Assembly (NCBI GenBank): GCA_049296775.1
Contig: JBAQTB010000001.1
Coordinates: forward strand, 31,491-95,490
DNA length: 64,000 nt
Direction of reading: 5' to 3'
Origin: Patescibacteria group bacterium
GTDB taxonomy: Bacteria; Patescibacteriota; Patescibacteriia; UBA9934
Shown: positions 1 through 10,720 of the stretch, in pieces
Layout of the letters: each line of letters begins with the position of its first letter
How positions within the stretch are numbered: position 1 is the stretch's first letter
Notes under the pieces: generated by a model
Seen by the model: only the letters and a program-made list of their open reading frames with translations
The model's database searches: none
What the model was told of the DNA's origin: nothing
Position numbers and translations under genes: made by a program

Positions 1-341
1 AAGGCCTGATCCACACCAGACAACGGCCAAGCATCGGCACTATTCTCAACCATCACACTATAAACCTGAGGCAGATCTTCTAGAGCAGAATCTAAAAACT
101 CACCCGTCAAAGGGTGCCTGAGAGTAGCATCCACTACAACCGGAGAGTCGCTACCTCCCGGGCTATCAATGTCGTATTTAGCTGGCTTGAGTAAAAAGGC
201 CGCCACAACCACCAACATCACAATCACCGCCGCAAATACAGCTGAAATGATCATCAAATTATCTTTCTTCTTCAGCTCTGTCCACACCGTCTGCTGAACC
301 TTGGTCAACCACGTTTTAATCGCCGTAACAGACTTATTCAT
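1..341 (-). CDS. Hypothetical membrane-anchored protein, partial. Its N-terminus is in the window and its C-terminus lies beyond the left edge.
   Basis: ATG at 341 on the minus strand with no in-frame stop before position 1. Translation begins MNKSVTAIKTWLTK... followed by a hydrophobic segment (ISAVFAAVIVMLVVVAAFLL). A TATACT -10-like hexamer lies about 12 nt upstream. Confidence 0.45.
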   Translation of the reverse strand, partial: MNKSVTAIKTWLTKVQQTVWTELKKKDNLMIISAVFAAVIVMLVVVAAFLLKPAKYDIDSPGGSDSPVVVDATLRHPLTGEFLDSALEDLPQVYSVMVENSADAWPLSGVDQA

Positions 342-369
342 AGATAGATGCAGTATAGCGTAATTGAAA

Positions 370-400
370 ACGACCAAGCCTTAGCTTGGTCGTTTCTTAA
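370..400. terminator. Intrinsic terminator hairpin downstream of rplY, U-rich on both strands.
   Basis: aaaacgaccaagc-ctta-gcttggtcgtttc gives a 10 bp stem flanked by an A-run and a T-run. Confidence 0.55.
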
Positions 401-411
401 GCTAAGTGAAG

Positions 412-1125
412 TTACTCTTTCTTAGCGGCGTCACCCTCAGCAGCTTCTTCCTTCTTCTCGGTCAAAACTTCAACCTTGGAAACGTCAGCGTCAACAGCAG
501 AATCAAGAGCGGCCATTTCTTCCTCAGAACGTGGCGGCTGAACAGAAGCCACAGCCTGTTCAAGATCAGACTTAATTTCGATGCCCTCTGGAATCACTAG
601 ATCCTTAACACGAATGATATCCTCAAAAGTCGCTAACTTGCTAACATCAACCTCGATTTCATGCACCAAAGCATCAGGCAATGACATAACTTCCAACTCT
701 TCCAAAGTCTGAAGTAAAGTACCGCCCAATTCCTTAACGGCAGGAGCGAGACCAACCAACTTGAATGGAATCTTGGCCTCAATCTTACGCTTAGGATCAA
801 CGCGACGGAAATCGGCGTGAGTAATGAAGTCAGTCAAAGGATCGCGCTGAATTTCAGAAATTAGCACAGGGTGATTAACACCCTCGATCTCAAGATCAAC
901 GACAGTACTTTCACCAGCTTGAGAGTAAACTTTAACAAAAGCATTACGATCAAGTTCGATCATTTTTGGCTCAGTTTCAAAGCCGTACATAACGGCAGGA
1001 ACCTTACCTTCTGCACGCAAGGCGATAGTCTTACGACCTCGGATCTCGCGGGTTTTGGCCTCAATTCGAGCATGCTGCATATCGGCCGGTATTCTGCTAG
1101 ATTTTATGATGGTTGTCAAGTTCAA
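412..1125 (-). CDS. rplY: 50S ribosomal protein L25, general stress protein Ctc-type long form.
   Basis: 237 aa. The N-terminal half carries L25/Ctc 5S-rRNA-binding motifs (KVPAVMYG, VKVYSQAGESTVVDLEIEG), and the C-terminus is an acidic extension typical of Ctc-form L25. Confidence 0.85.
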   Translation of the reverse strand: MNLTTIIKSSRIPADMQHARIEAKTREIRGRKTIALRAEGKVPAVMYGFETEPKMIELDRNAFVKVYSQAGESTVVDLEIEGVNHPVLISEIQRDPLTDFITHADFRRVDPKRKIEAKIPFKLVGLAPAVKELGGTLLQTLEELEVMSLPDALVHEIEVDVSKLATFEDIIRVKDLVIPEGIEIKSDLEQAVASVQPPRSEEEMAALDSAVDADVSKVEVLTEKKEEAAEGDAAKKE

Positions 1126-1455
1126 CTACTTTCTGAGCTCAACATGTGCGCGCAAAACTTCATCTAAACTGATTTTTTGCGCCTTTTCAAAGCGAATCGC
1201 TTCATCAGCATCACAATCAGTCAATAGCCCGACACAGGCCACCCGACCGGCCCGTCTATCCACAGCAAAGAGCATAGAGCGCAGACACTGCTCGCAAGCA
1301 GCGTGAGTCACCTCCCCCTCTTGGCGCTTACCCACCGGGCTGATCAGATGCTCAGCGTAGGCGGTGGCGCAAAAAGGGCAACGAGCCAAAGGCTCAGGTA
1401 AGCGTGAATGTTTGGCATCAGACATAAGTGCAATTAGGTAGCTATTTTGACTCAA
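1126..1455 (-). CDS. Hypothetical small zinc-ribbon protein.
   Basis: 109 aa ORF with CPFC...CEQC (CxxC-x(~25)-CxxC). Its stop overlaps the rplY start, and its start overlaps the stop of the SEDS gene, suggesting translational coupling. No recognisable family. Confidence 0.45.
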   Translation of the reverse strand: MSQNSYLIALMSDAKHSRLPEPLARCPFCATAYAEHLISPVGKRQEGEVTHAACEQCLRSMLFAVDRRAGRVACVGLLTDCDADEAIRFEKAQKISLDEVLRAHVELRK

Positions 1456-2548
1456 GTCTATCTACAGAAGTAATCCTGCTGGCCACGCTCTCAGCTACGC
1501 CTAGCATAGCCAACATCATAATCAATGAGCTGCCACCATAACTTACAAAGGGTAAAGTCACGCCAGTCGCCGGCATAATGGCTAAATTCACACCTACATG
1601 AATAAAGGTCTGAACACAATATACAGCAAAGATCCCTATCAAGAGATAAGCCGCAAAAGCATCCCGGGTCACCCTGACATTACTGAGTATACGTACAAAT
1701 AACAAGACAAAAGCGCCAAGCACCACAGCCACGCCCACAAAACCAAGTTCTTCCGCAATCACGGCAAAGATGAAATCTGTCTGACTTTCCGGCAAGAAAC
1801 GGAGTTGACTCTGGCTACCCGCCCCCAAACCCCTACCAATCAAGCCCCCAGCTCCAATAGCAATCTTAGCTTGAGCAACATTATAGCCAGTCGCCAGAGG
1901 ATCAGAGGCAGGATTAATAAACGTACGAATGCGCTCCAACTGATAGTCCCGCAGTTGTCCGGAAGCTAAGATGCCACCAACTAACAAGGCCACGCTCACT
2001 ACCATGACGGCGATCTGTTGCCAGCGAATGCCTGCGAAAAAAATCATAACTATCCAAACACCCACCAGAATAACTGCTCCGCCCAAGTCTGGCTGCCACA
2101 AAATCAAGCCAACCGGCAAAACTAGGCGTAAGCCACTTTGGATTAACTCGCGCCAACCAAAACGCTCCCTAGCGTTATCACTAAAATAACGTGCCAACTC
2201 CAAAGCTAAAGCAAACTTCATCAATTCGACTGGCTGAAAAGAAAAACCGGCCAGAATAAACCAGCCCGTTGTACCGTTTAAGGTTTGACCAAAGAGCAAA
2301 ACAGCCACTAACAGCAAAACTGAAAAGGCGTAGAACAAACGGCTATAAGCCCTGTACAACTGATAGTTAACATTGGATGCCGCCACAAACAAAACTAACC
2401 CAATGCCAAGCGCGATCAATTGCTTGCGCACAAACACGAATTCATCCGCGCCATGAGACAACTCCACCGAAGTAATGGTCGCAATCCCAAAAGCAAACAG
2501 CCCAAAAGCCGCCAAGATCATGAACCAATCAAAACGTCTAACATTCAC
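1442..2548 (-). CDS. SEDS-family peptidoglycan glycosyltransferase (FtsW/RodA/SpoVE).
   Basis: 368 aa polytopic membrane protein with the family motifs GGLIGRGLGAGSQSQLRFLPESQTDFIFAVIAEELGFVG and LPFVSYGGSS. Confidence 0.85.
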   Translation of the reverse strand: MNVRRFDWFMILAAFGLFAFGIATITSVELSHGADEFVFVRKQLIALGIGLVLFVAASNVNYQLYRAYSRLFYAFSVLLLVAVLLFGQTLNGTTGWFILAGFSFQPVELMKFALALELARYFSDNARERFGWRELIQSGLRLVLPVGLILWQPDLGGAVILVGVWIVMIFFAGIRWQQIAVMVVSVALLVGGILASGQLRDYQLERIRTFINPASDPLATGYNVAQAKIAIGAGGLIGRGLGAGSQSQLRFLPESQTDFIFAVIAEELGFVGVAVVLGAFVLLFVRILSNVRVTRDAFAAYLLIGIFAVYCVQTFIHVGVNLAIMPATGVTLPFVSYGGSSLIMMLAMLGVAESVASRITSVDRLESK

Positions 2549-2555
2549 AGCCTAC

Positions 2556-3518
2556 TTATCTTCGCACATCTTGCCCTATTTCGTCATCTGGGTTCATGTA
2601 AACGCTCTGATCAAAATACGGAATGAGTGGCTCGACACTCAAAGTTCCGCTAGGGGGCACCGCACCAAACCACCTCAAATCCAACACGCGAGTCTCCCCA
2701 GCTCCAAACTCTGGTACAGCTACTTTAGTTAAAGACACCACTGTGGCGCCACGCATCAGTTTGACTAAAAATTCCGGAGACCAGTAAGCGTATGCGGTAC
2801 GATTGGTTAAAGTGACCTGCGAATGGCCGAGCAGCTCATCCCCAACCAATAGGTCCTTAGCGTAAGTCGCCTGATCAACGGTGATATTGGATCGTGACTG
2901 TAAAAATTGCTCCGTGTTTGAGATTATATGTTTATCCACACGGTGCCAGACTTGATTGGTCATGATTAGGCGCAGGCTCCCGGGACGCTGTTCGAAACTA
3001 ACATTTATAGCTGCCAGCAGCCTCTGTTCATTGGGATTCAAGAAACCCGTATAAGTCTCAGTCACCCCACCTTCATAGCCAAAAGCGTAATCAAAAGTGA
3101 CGTACCAATCATCATTTGAATTAGTGACCGGTACGAACACGTCATATTTACCAGGCACCACCGACACTGACCTCACGTCCTGAATATCTAAACCCGTTGG
3201 CGCCAAGCGGGTCACTCCAGCGTGACTAGAGTTAAGATTAGCAAAAATTCCGGCCGTTAATCTGGCATCAGAAAAAGATCCTGACACGATATACATGATC
3301 ACGCCGCCAATAAAAACCAGGAGCAACAAAATATCGACACCGGCCAAAAACCACAGCGCACCCAACTCTAACCTAGGGCGAGCATTCACCATGGCAACGT
3401 CCCGACGGTATCGGCTATCAATCGCCTTATACTCGCCGGAAAGCTTGGTTGGTATTTTTTGTGGCTCCCCCTTCACCATAACTATGTACATTTTATCACA
3501 TTCAGGACTGTACTCCAC
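2556..3518 (-). CDS. Hypothetical membrane-anchored protein with one N-terminal TM segment.
   Basis: 320 aa ORF with a TM helix (LGALWFLAGVDILLLLVFIGGVIMYIV) and no recognisable catalytic motif. Divergent from gyrB. Confidence 0.45.
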   Translation of the reverse strand: MEYSPECDKMYIVMVKGEPQKIPTKLSGEYKAIDSRYRRDVAMVNARPRLELGALWFLAGVDILLLLVFIGGVIMYIVSGSFSDARLTAGIFANLNSSHAGVTRLAPTGLDIQDVRSVSVVPGKYDVFVPVTNSNDDWYVTFDYAFGYEGGVTETYTGFLNPNEQRLLAAINVSFEQRPGSLRLIMTNQVWHRVDKHIISNTEQFLQSRSNITVDQATYAKDLLVGDELLGHSQVTLTNRTAYAYWSPEFLVKLMRGATVVSLTKVAVPEFGAGETRVLDLRWFGAVPPSGTLSVEPLIPYFDQSVYMNPDDEIGQDVRR

Positions 3519-3552
3519 CGTGAGGCCATGGTAAGCTGTTTGCGATAATTGA

Positions 3553-5589
<2,037 letters not shown>

Positions 5590-5602
5590 ACTGTGACGCA
5601 CT

Positions 5603-5632
5603 TAAAACCGGCTCCGAGCCGGTTTTAAGTTT
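5603..5632 (+). terminator. gyrB intrinsic terminator.
   Basis: aaaaccggctc-cga-gagccggtttt followed by aagttt. Confidence 0.6.
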
Positions 5633-5646
5633 GCTAACAGAGGCCC

Positions 5647-5675
5647 TTGCAAACGTGCAGACTTTCTGCTATATT
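5647..5675 (+). promoter_or_regulatory. Sigma70-type promoter for secE-nusG.
   Basis: TTGCAA, a 17 nt spacer, then TATATT, about 40 nt upstream of the secE ATG. Confidence 0.5.
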
Positions 5676-5716
5676 CATCTGCGTAACGGCCCGAAAGGGC
5701 TTTTTAAAATACTGCT

Positions 5717-5932
5717 ATGTTGGGACGTATCATCAATAACCCTGCTATTCGTTACTTTTTAGAGGCTCGGGAAGAGCTACGCAAGGTCACCTGGCCGCAG
5801 CGTCGTGAGGTCATGATCTACTCCAGCCTAGTTATCGCTTTTTCAGTTGTCACCGCCGCTTATTTTGGCCTGCTAGATTGGCTATTCACACTCGGACTTG
5901 AAAAACTCGTAACCCTCACCAATAACATTTAA
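5717..5932 (+). CDS. secE: Preprotein translocase subunit SecE.
   Basis: 71 aa with a single C-terminal TM helix. The REVMIYSSLVIAFSVVTAAYFGLLDW segment matches SecE. It sits directly upstream of nusG, the conserved synteny. Confidence 0.8.
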   Translation: MLGRIINNPAIRYFLEAREELRKVTWPQRREVMIYSSLVIAFSVVTAAYFGLLDWLFTLGLEKLVTLTNNI

Positions 5933-5968
5933 CGTACGAACGGGTCATAGACCCGTCCCTACATATTT

Positions 5969-6514
5969 ATGGCAAAACAAACCGCCAATTACGGTAGGAG
6001 ATGGTACGCCATCCACACCTACTCAGGCTACGAGGAAAATGTATACGATAGTTTGATGCAGCGTATTGAGACCATGGACATGGAAGAGAAAATCTTCACC
6101 GTCATGGTGCCAAAAGAAAAGAAGATTAAAATCAAGAACGGCCAACGCAAGGTAGTTGAGGAAAAGATTTTCCCGGGCTACGTATTAGTGGAAATGATCG
6201 TGACTGACGATTCTTGGTATGTTGTACGCAACACACCTAACGTAACTGGATTTATTGGTACCGGTAACGCCCCTACCCCAATTCCACAAGAAGAGATCGA
6301 CGCCTTGATTAAGCGCGTAGGTGTCAACGAACCAGAGTTCAAGATCGACGTATCTAAAAATGACACAGTTTCCATTACCGATGGTCCGTTCAAAGGCCAG
6401 CAAGGCAAGGTTGATGATGTCGACATGGCCCGTGGCAAGATCAAAGTCATGGTCTCCATGTTCGGCCGCGAAACCCCTCTCGAACTCGACTTCCTCCAGA
6501 TCAAGAAAGTTTAA
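5969..6514 (+). CDS. nusG: Transcription termination/antitermination factor NusG.
   Basis: 181 aa. An NGN domain (WYAIHTYSGYEENV... IFPGYVLVEM) and a KOW domain (GQQGKVDDVD..KIKVMVSMFGRETPLELDF). Confidence 0.9.
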   Translation: MAKQTANYGRRWYAIHTYSGYEENVYDSLMQRIETMDMEEKIFTVMVPKEKKIKIKNGQRKVVEEKIFPGYVLVEMIVTDDSWYVVRNTPNVTGFIGTGNAPTPIPQEEIDALIKRVGVNEPEFKIDVSKNDTVSITDGPFKGQQGKVDDVDMARGKIKVMVSMFGRETPLELDFLQIKKV

Positions 6515-6520
6515 GCACAA

Positions 6521-6556
6521 AAATACAGCTCGAAAGGGCTGTATTTTGTTTTCATG
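6521..6556 (+). terminator. Intrinsic terminator after nusG (GAAA-tetraloop hairpin).
   Basis: atacagctc-gaaa-gggctgtat followed by tttgtttt. Confidence 0.65.
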
Positions 6557-6622
6557 AAATTAATTTTTATACCATCGGTGAACACTTGCTGCGTAGCTAC
6601 GTGAGTGCTAACATCGGCCCAT

Positions 6623-7291
6623 ATGAAATATAAAATCTTTACAGTGTTAGCGGCGACTATGCTCTTGGTCGGCGCCGGATGTGCGAATGACGTCGTAGAT
6701 AGCAATCTAGTACCCCAAGAAACTCCAATGACACAAAAAGATGAGCCGGCTTTTAATACTGGAGTAACCGAAACAGAAGAGCCCGTAGCCACTGGCGAAA
6801 TTGGATTTGATGTTACACCTCCGCAATCATGGGGTGAGTTTTCTGTGGTGCTGTATAAACGTACATTTTTATCAAATCCAGAAATTGGAGAAGACTGGGA
6901 GTACCAAGGATCCTTCAGCGAGCAACCGTCCGTGTACTATCGAGCCGCTGTTCCTGAGCACGTGATCGCTAGATCAGGCTATCCTGGAGATGTTCTTGGG
7001 TACAAGTCTGAAAACGATAATTATTACGTTAATATTGGCGGGAAGAATTGGGAGAAAGTCCCAACTTCTTTGACTACTCAAGAAGTAGCTCTAAAGAATG
7101 GGACAGCCCTACTGATTCAAGGCCCTCAGACTTCCGATGGCCCAAGTCCATTTCCTAATCAACCGGGTCAATTAGTTGCATATATCAATACCCCAAATGG
7201 CCCCCTCCCTGGCGGTGTCTTTATAGCTGATGCCGCAAGCGGCGTGACCATAGATGAGATGATCACGATGCTGTCCAATATCTCAATCTAA
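6623..7291 (+). CDS. Hypothetical lipoprotein inserted between nusG and rplK.
   Basis: Signal peptide with a lipobox (MKYKIFTVLAATMLLVGAGC). The ORF opens at 6605, but the MKYKIF start at 6623 is more plausible. No catalytic motifs. Confidence 0.55.
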   Translation: MKYKIFTVLAATMLLVGAGCANDVVDSNLVPQETPMTQKDEPAFNTGVTETEEPVATGEIGFDVTPPQSWGEFSVVLYKRTFLSNPEIGEDWEYQGSFSEQPSVYYRAAVPEHVIARSGYPGDVLGYKSENDNYYVNIGGKNWEKVPTSLTTQEVALKNGTALLIQGPQTSDGPSPFPNQPGQLVAYINTPNGPLPGGVFIADAASGVTIDEMITMLSNISI

Positions 7292-7317
7292 ACAACATTC
7301 GCCGTTATTTGCTAATG

Positions 7318-7350
7318 AATACAGCCCAAAACGGGCTGTATTTTGTTTTG
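7318..7350 (+). terminator. Intrinsic terminator after the lipoprotein gene, a near-duplicate of the nusG terminator.
   Basis: aatacagccc-aaaac-gggctgtatt followed by ttgttttg. It shares the 3' half gggctgtattttgtttt with the 6521..6556 terminator. Confidence 0.65.
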
Positions 7351-7362
7351 ACCCTGAAAACA

Positions 7363-7392
7363 TTGACATTTCTGCCCAAGATTGGCATACTT
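7363..7392 (+). promoter_or_regulatory. Putative promoter for rplK, followed by a ~130 nt structured leader.
   Basis: TTGACA at 7363, a 17-18 nt spacer, then CATACT/ATACTT. The leader 7393..7521 contains GC hairpins and could be an r-protein (L1) autoregulatory site. Speculative. Confidence 0.35.
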
Positions 7393-7521
7393 TGGCCACT
7401 TTCTCCTCCGCTAAAGTTACGGTGGGAAAGCCCCTAACGAAGTCCCCTAGGACGAAGTGGGGCTAAATCACGACGTGGTCGCTCGGGCACATACCCGTGA
7501 ATCCACTATAAACAAGATCGT

Positions 7522-7947
7522 ATGGCGAAAAAAATCAAGGCGATCATCAAAGTGCAGGCCATTGGTGGCGCGGCTACTCCAGCACCTCCACTTGGTCCAG
7601 TGCTTGGTCAGCAAGGCGTTAACATTCAGCAGTTCGTGCAGGAGTTCAACGCCGCCACTCAAGATCGTCGCGGTGAACTAGTCCCAGCCGTACTGACTAT
7701 TTTCGAAGATCGCTCTTTCTCCTTCATTCTAAAAACCGCTCCGGCTTCAGAAATGATCAAGAAGATGCTAAAACTCGAACGTGGTTCCGGCAAACCGTTA
7801 ACTGAAAAAGTTGGTAAGCTCACCAAGGCTCAATTGCGTGAGATCGCAGAAAAGAAGATGCCTGACCTGAATACTACTGACGTAGAAAAGGCCATGAAGA
7901 TCATCGCTGGTTCTGCCAGACAGATGGGCGTAGATGTAGAAGCGTAA
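7522..7947 (+). CDS. rplK: 50S ribosomal protein L11.
   Basis: 141 aa with the canonical L11 sequence MAKKIKAIIKVQAIGGAATPAPPLGPVLGQQGVNIQQF. Confidence 0.95.
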   Translation: MAKKIKAIIKVQAIGGAATPAPPLGPVLGQQGVNIQQFVQEFNAATQDRRGELVPAVLTIFEDRSFSFILKTAPASEMIKKMLKLERGSGKPLTEKVGKLTKAQLREIAEKKMPDLNTTDVEKAMKIIAGSARQMGVDVEA

Positions 7948-7985
7948 GGAAAGTGGTAAGCTATAGGTAATCACTAACTTAATCA

Positions 7986-8396
7986 GTGTCTATGGCCAAA
8001 GGTAGTACGTTCATCATAAAATTGTACTTTGCAGTCATTTCTGCAGTCACAATTATTACGCTCATGTACGGCTTGATCGACTTTGTATCCCTGGGTCTTA
8101 AGACTTACGTCTTCAAAGCTGCAGATGTACCAAGTTATCTACAAACCTGCGGAGACACCGACTACTACAACGCCTACTACGGCAAGCCAGTTGCCCCAGA
8201 CAGCGTTGTACCAGCGACCACCGCCGAACAGGCCAAGGCCGACTGTGAACGCAATCGTGCTGATACCCTAGAGAATTACGACAACCAAAAAGCTAATGAC
8301 GCGGTGCGAGATTTCGCACTCGTCCTAGTCTCACTCCCACTCTTCTTAATCCACTTCCGCTTTGTTTACAGAGATTGGAAAGAGGATAGAGGCTAG
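7986..8396 (+). CDS. Hypothetical two-TM membrane protein inserted between rplK and rplA.
   Basis: 136 aa with TM helices near both termini and a Cys-containing hydrophilic loop. No family recognised. Confidence 0.45.
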   Translation: MSMAKGSTFIIKLYFAVISAVTIITLMYGLIDFVSLGLKTYVFKAADVPSYLQTCGDTDYYNAYYGKPVAPDSVVPATTAEQAKADCERNRADTLENYDNQKANDAVRDFALVLVSLPLFLIHFRFVYRDWKEDRG

Positions 8397-8409
8397 ACCC
8401 CCACCTCCC

Positions 8410-8431
8410 CCTGACCCCCTCCTTACGAAGG
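8410..8431. repeat. Perfect C/G-rich hairpin upstream of rplA.
   Basis: ccccctcctt-acg-aaggagggg, a 9 bp stem with a 3 nt loop and no flanking U-tract. It resembles the hairpin inside the phosphohexomutase gene at 37320..37339. Confidence 0.5.
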
Positions 8432-8504
8432 AGGGGAAGCGAGCGAAGTAAAAAAACTTAACCAAACGTGGGAGCTCGAATGAGCGTTATTACCACATAC
8501 TTAT

Positions 8505-9200
8505 ATGACAAACAGCAAACGCTTCGTTGAACTCAAGAACAAGATCGATAAAAACAAGGTGCACTCAGTTACAGAGGCGATTACTGCTCTCAAAGCTAGT
8601 GCCACAGCTAAGTTTGATGAAACCGTTGAACTCCACTTCAATTTAGGGATTGATCCTAAGCAAGGAGATCAGCAGATTCGTGGCACGTTGACCTTGCCAC
8701 ACGGTACTGGCAAGACCAAGCGTGTTATCGCCTTCGTAGATGCGGCTAACGTAGACGCTGCCAAGGCTGCTGGCGCCGATCTGATTGGTGACGAAGCCAC
8801 CATTGAAGCGATCGCCAAGACCGGTAAGATTGATTTCGATGTTGCTGTAGCTATGCCAAACATGATGGCTAAGCTTGCTAAGGCCGCTAAGGTTCTTGGA
8901 CCTCGCGGACTCATGCCTAACCCTAAGACCGATACCGTTGGACCAAACATCACTAAAATGATCGAGGAACAAAAGGCCGGTAAGTTGTCTTTCAAGAACG
9001 ATGCCACCGCCAACGTTCACATGATCGTCGGTAAAGCATCTTTCGATGCCAAGAAACTGGAAGAGAATGTCGATATGGCCGTTGAAGCCATTCGCAAAAT
9101 CAAGCCAGCGACTTCTAAGGGTATTTACATCAAGTCCTGTGTCCTGACCTCAACCATGGGGCCAGGCATTCTACTCAGCACCGGTGCTGCCGTAGTCTAA
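8505..9200 (+). CDS. rplA: 50S ribosomal protein L1.
   Basis: 231 aa. The L1 family motifs KFDETVELHFNLGIDPK and IRGTLTLPHGTGK. Confidence 0.95.
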   Translation: MTNSKRFVELKNKIDKNKVHSVTEAITALKASATAKFDETVELHFNLGIDPKQGDQQIRGTLTLPHGTGKTKRVIAFVDAANVDAAKAAGADLIGDEATIEAIAKTGKIDFDVAVAMPNMMAKLAKAAKVLGPRGLMPNPKTDTVGPNITKMIEEQKAGKLSFKNDATANVHMIVGKASFDAKKLEENVDMAVEAIRKIKPATSKGIYIKSCVLTSTMGPGILLSTGAAVV

Positions 9201-9211
9201 ATTCCGCCTAC

Positions 9212-9248
9212 ATAAAACATCGCCAACCTGGCGATGTTTTGTATTTTT
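9212..9248 (+). terminator. rplA intrinsic terminator.
   Basis: acatcgcc-aacct-ggcgatgt followed by tttgtattttt. Confidence 0.65.
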
Positions 9249-9315
9249 GCATAAAAATTGCTATCCACATCTAGCCCTTATGCGATTTCATGGGAATTGC
9301 TAAGGTGACAGCAAT

Positions 9316-9894
9316 ATGAATGATACCTTTGGACCTGGATCAAATCAGGAAAGACGCCTTATCAACGACCATGATCGGCTAAAAGCCACGGTGGACAGCC
9401 TCAAAACCTTAGGCATGAAAATTGTGCTGACTCAAGGAGTTTACGACTTGATCCATGAAGGTCATGCGGCCTACTTAGAAAAAGCTCGGTCTTTTGGCGA
9501 TATTCTCATAGTCGCCGTGGATTCAGATGCGCTGACAAAAATCCGCAAAGGCCCTAAACGCCCGATTGTCCCGGAGGCGGAACGCGTCAACATGCTATTA
9601 CACTTACGACACGTGGATATCGTCACCGTCAAACAAGCTGAGCACGGCCTGGGTGATGTCATTGAGCTCGTCAAACCCGATGTCATGGTGTTCTCCTCCT
9701 CAACTACCGATGTTCTACCGGAAGAAGCCAAGTCTTATCAACAACATTGTGGTCGCATAGAAATCTTGCCGCCACAAGGCACCACGTCTACCACCGCGAG
9801 AGTTAGAAATTTGACCATTGAGGGTGCTGAGACATTGGCCAAAGAAGTCAGTGAACTAATTACCAAATTCCTCGATCAAATCAAAACGAGCTAA
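9316..9894 (+). CDS. Cytidylyltransferase-like (HxGH) nucleotidyltransferase.
   Basis: 192 aa. VLTQGVYDLIHEGHAAYLEKAR matches the (T/H)xGH nucleotidyltransferase signature of the HldE domain II, TagD and NMNAT superfamily. The substrate cannot be assigned. Confidence 0.65.
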   Translation: MNDTFGPGSNQERRLINDHDRLKATVDSLKTLGMKIVLTQGVYDLIHEGHAAYLEKARSFGDILIVAVDSDALTKIRKGPKRPIVPEAERVNMLLHLRHVDIVTVKQAEHGLGDVIELVKPDVMVFSSSTTDVLPEEAKSYQQHCGRIEILPPQGTTSTTARVRNLTIEGAETLAKEVSELITKFLDQIKTS

Positions 9895-9895
9895 T

Positions 9896-10720
9896 ATGCT
9901 CATCGCCTTTATTCCGGTACTCCACACAGGCTATCTTGAGTTATTCAAACAGCATCCTGAAGAGCTCGGTATCTTGGGCCTCGACGTTATTGCCGATTAC
10001 ACCGCACTCACCCGTGATCTACGTGTCATAGATCCACAAGTACTCAAACAAGCTATTGAAGGCCTACGAATTTTCCCGCGGATACGTGTCTTGTCAAAAG
10101 CAGACTTAGCTACTCTTGGAACCAACTCGACTAACATCATCATGCCTGATGACGATGTTTCACGTGAGCTGTCGAAGAGATATTTTGGCGATAAAGCTAC
10201 TTTTACTCAAGCCGCGATCCGTTACCGTTGGGATAAAACAGCTGTCACCAAGGAAAATACCGTAACTCCAGATCGCACCGTCTCCGGTAGCGCAGTTGAC
10301 CGCGAGCTCATGCAACTAGCTCGGGCAGAAGGTGAAAAGAGTCAGGATTGGTGGCGACAAGTGGGGGCTGCCATCCTCAAGGATGGTCAAGTCTTAGCCC
10401 AGGGACATAATCATCATCTACCTAGCGATTTCCACTTAGGAGTCAATGGCGATCCGCGGTCTAACTTCAACGCCGGCGAACGCATAGACCTCTCAACAGC
10501 CATTCATGCCGAGGCCAGTCTGATTGCCAACGCCGCCAAACTCGGCACACCGCTGAACGGAGCCACCATCTACGTGTCTACTTTTCCCTGCCCTAACTGC
10601 GCTCGCTTAATTGCAGAGGCCGGCATCAGCAAAGTCTATTACCAAAAAGGCTATTCCCTCCTGGACGCCGAAGAGATTTTCAAAAGCTACCAGATTGAAA
10701 TTATCTTAGTGCAAGACTAA
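9896..10720 (+). CDS. dCMP/cytidine deaminase-domain protein with an N-terminal degenerate nucleotidyltransferase-like domain.
   Basis: 274 aa. The C-terminus has the zinc-deaminase motifs AIHAEASLIANAA and STFPCPNCARLIAEAGI (HAE...PCxxC), as in dCMP deaminase/ComEB. The N-terminus has FIPVLHTGYLELF, an H-T-G-Y in place of HxGH. Its start ATG abuts the stop of the upstream gene. Confidence 0.7.
   Translation: MLIAFIPVLHTGYLELFKQHPEELGILGLDVIADYTALTRDLRVIDPQVLKQAIEGLRIFPRIRVLSKADLATLGTNSTNIIMPDDDVSRELSKRYFGDKATFTQAAIRYRWDKTAVTKENTVTPDRTVSGSAVDRELMQLARAEGEKSQDWWRQVGAAILKDGQVLAQGHNHHLPSDFHLGVNGDPRSNFNAGERIDLSTAIHAEASLIANAAKLGTPLNGATIYVSTFPCPNCARLIAEAGISKVYYQKGYSLLDAEEIFKSYQIEIILVQD

Noticed and set aside
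7393-7521. Considered calling the rplK leader a defined L1-binding autoregulatory element, and the 8410..8431 hairpin the L1 operator.
   Set aside because: I cannot confidently match them to the known L1 mRNA-site consensus from sequence alone. They are reported only as a structured leader and a repeat.
8643-9020. Antisense ORFs (125 and 114 aa) inside rplA, with similar antisense ORFs inside gyrB (3625..3834, 4587..4838, 4845..5045) and dnaE.
   Set aside because: They lie fully inside strongly supported housekeeping genes on the opposite strand. They are low-complexity or Arg/Ser-rich translations typical of spurious antisense frames.
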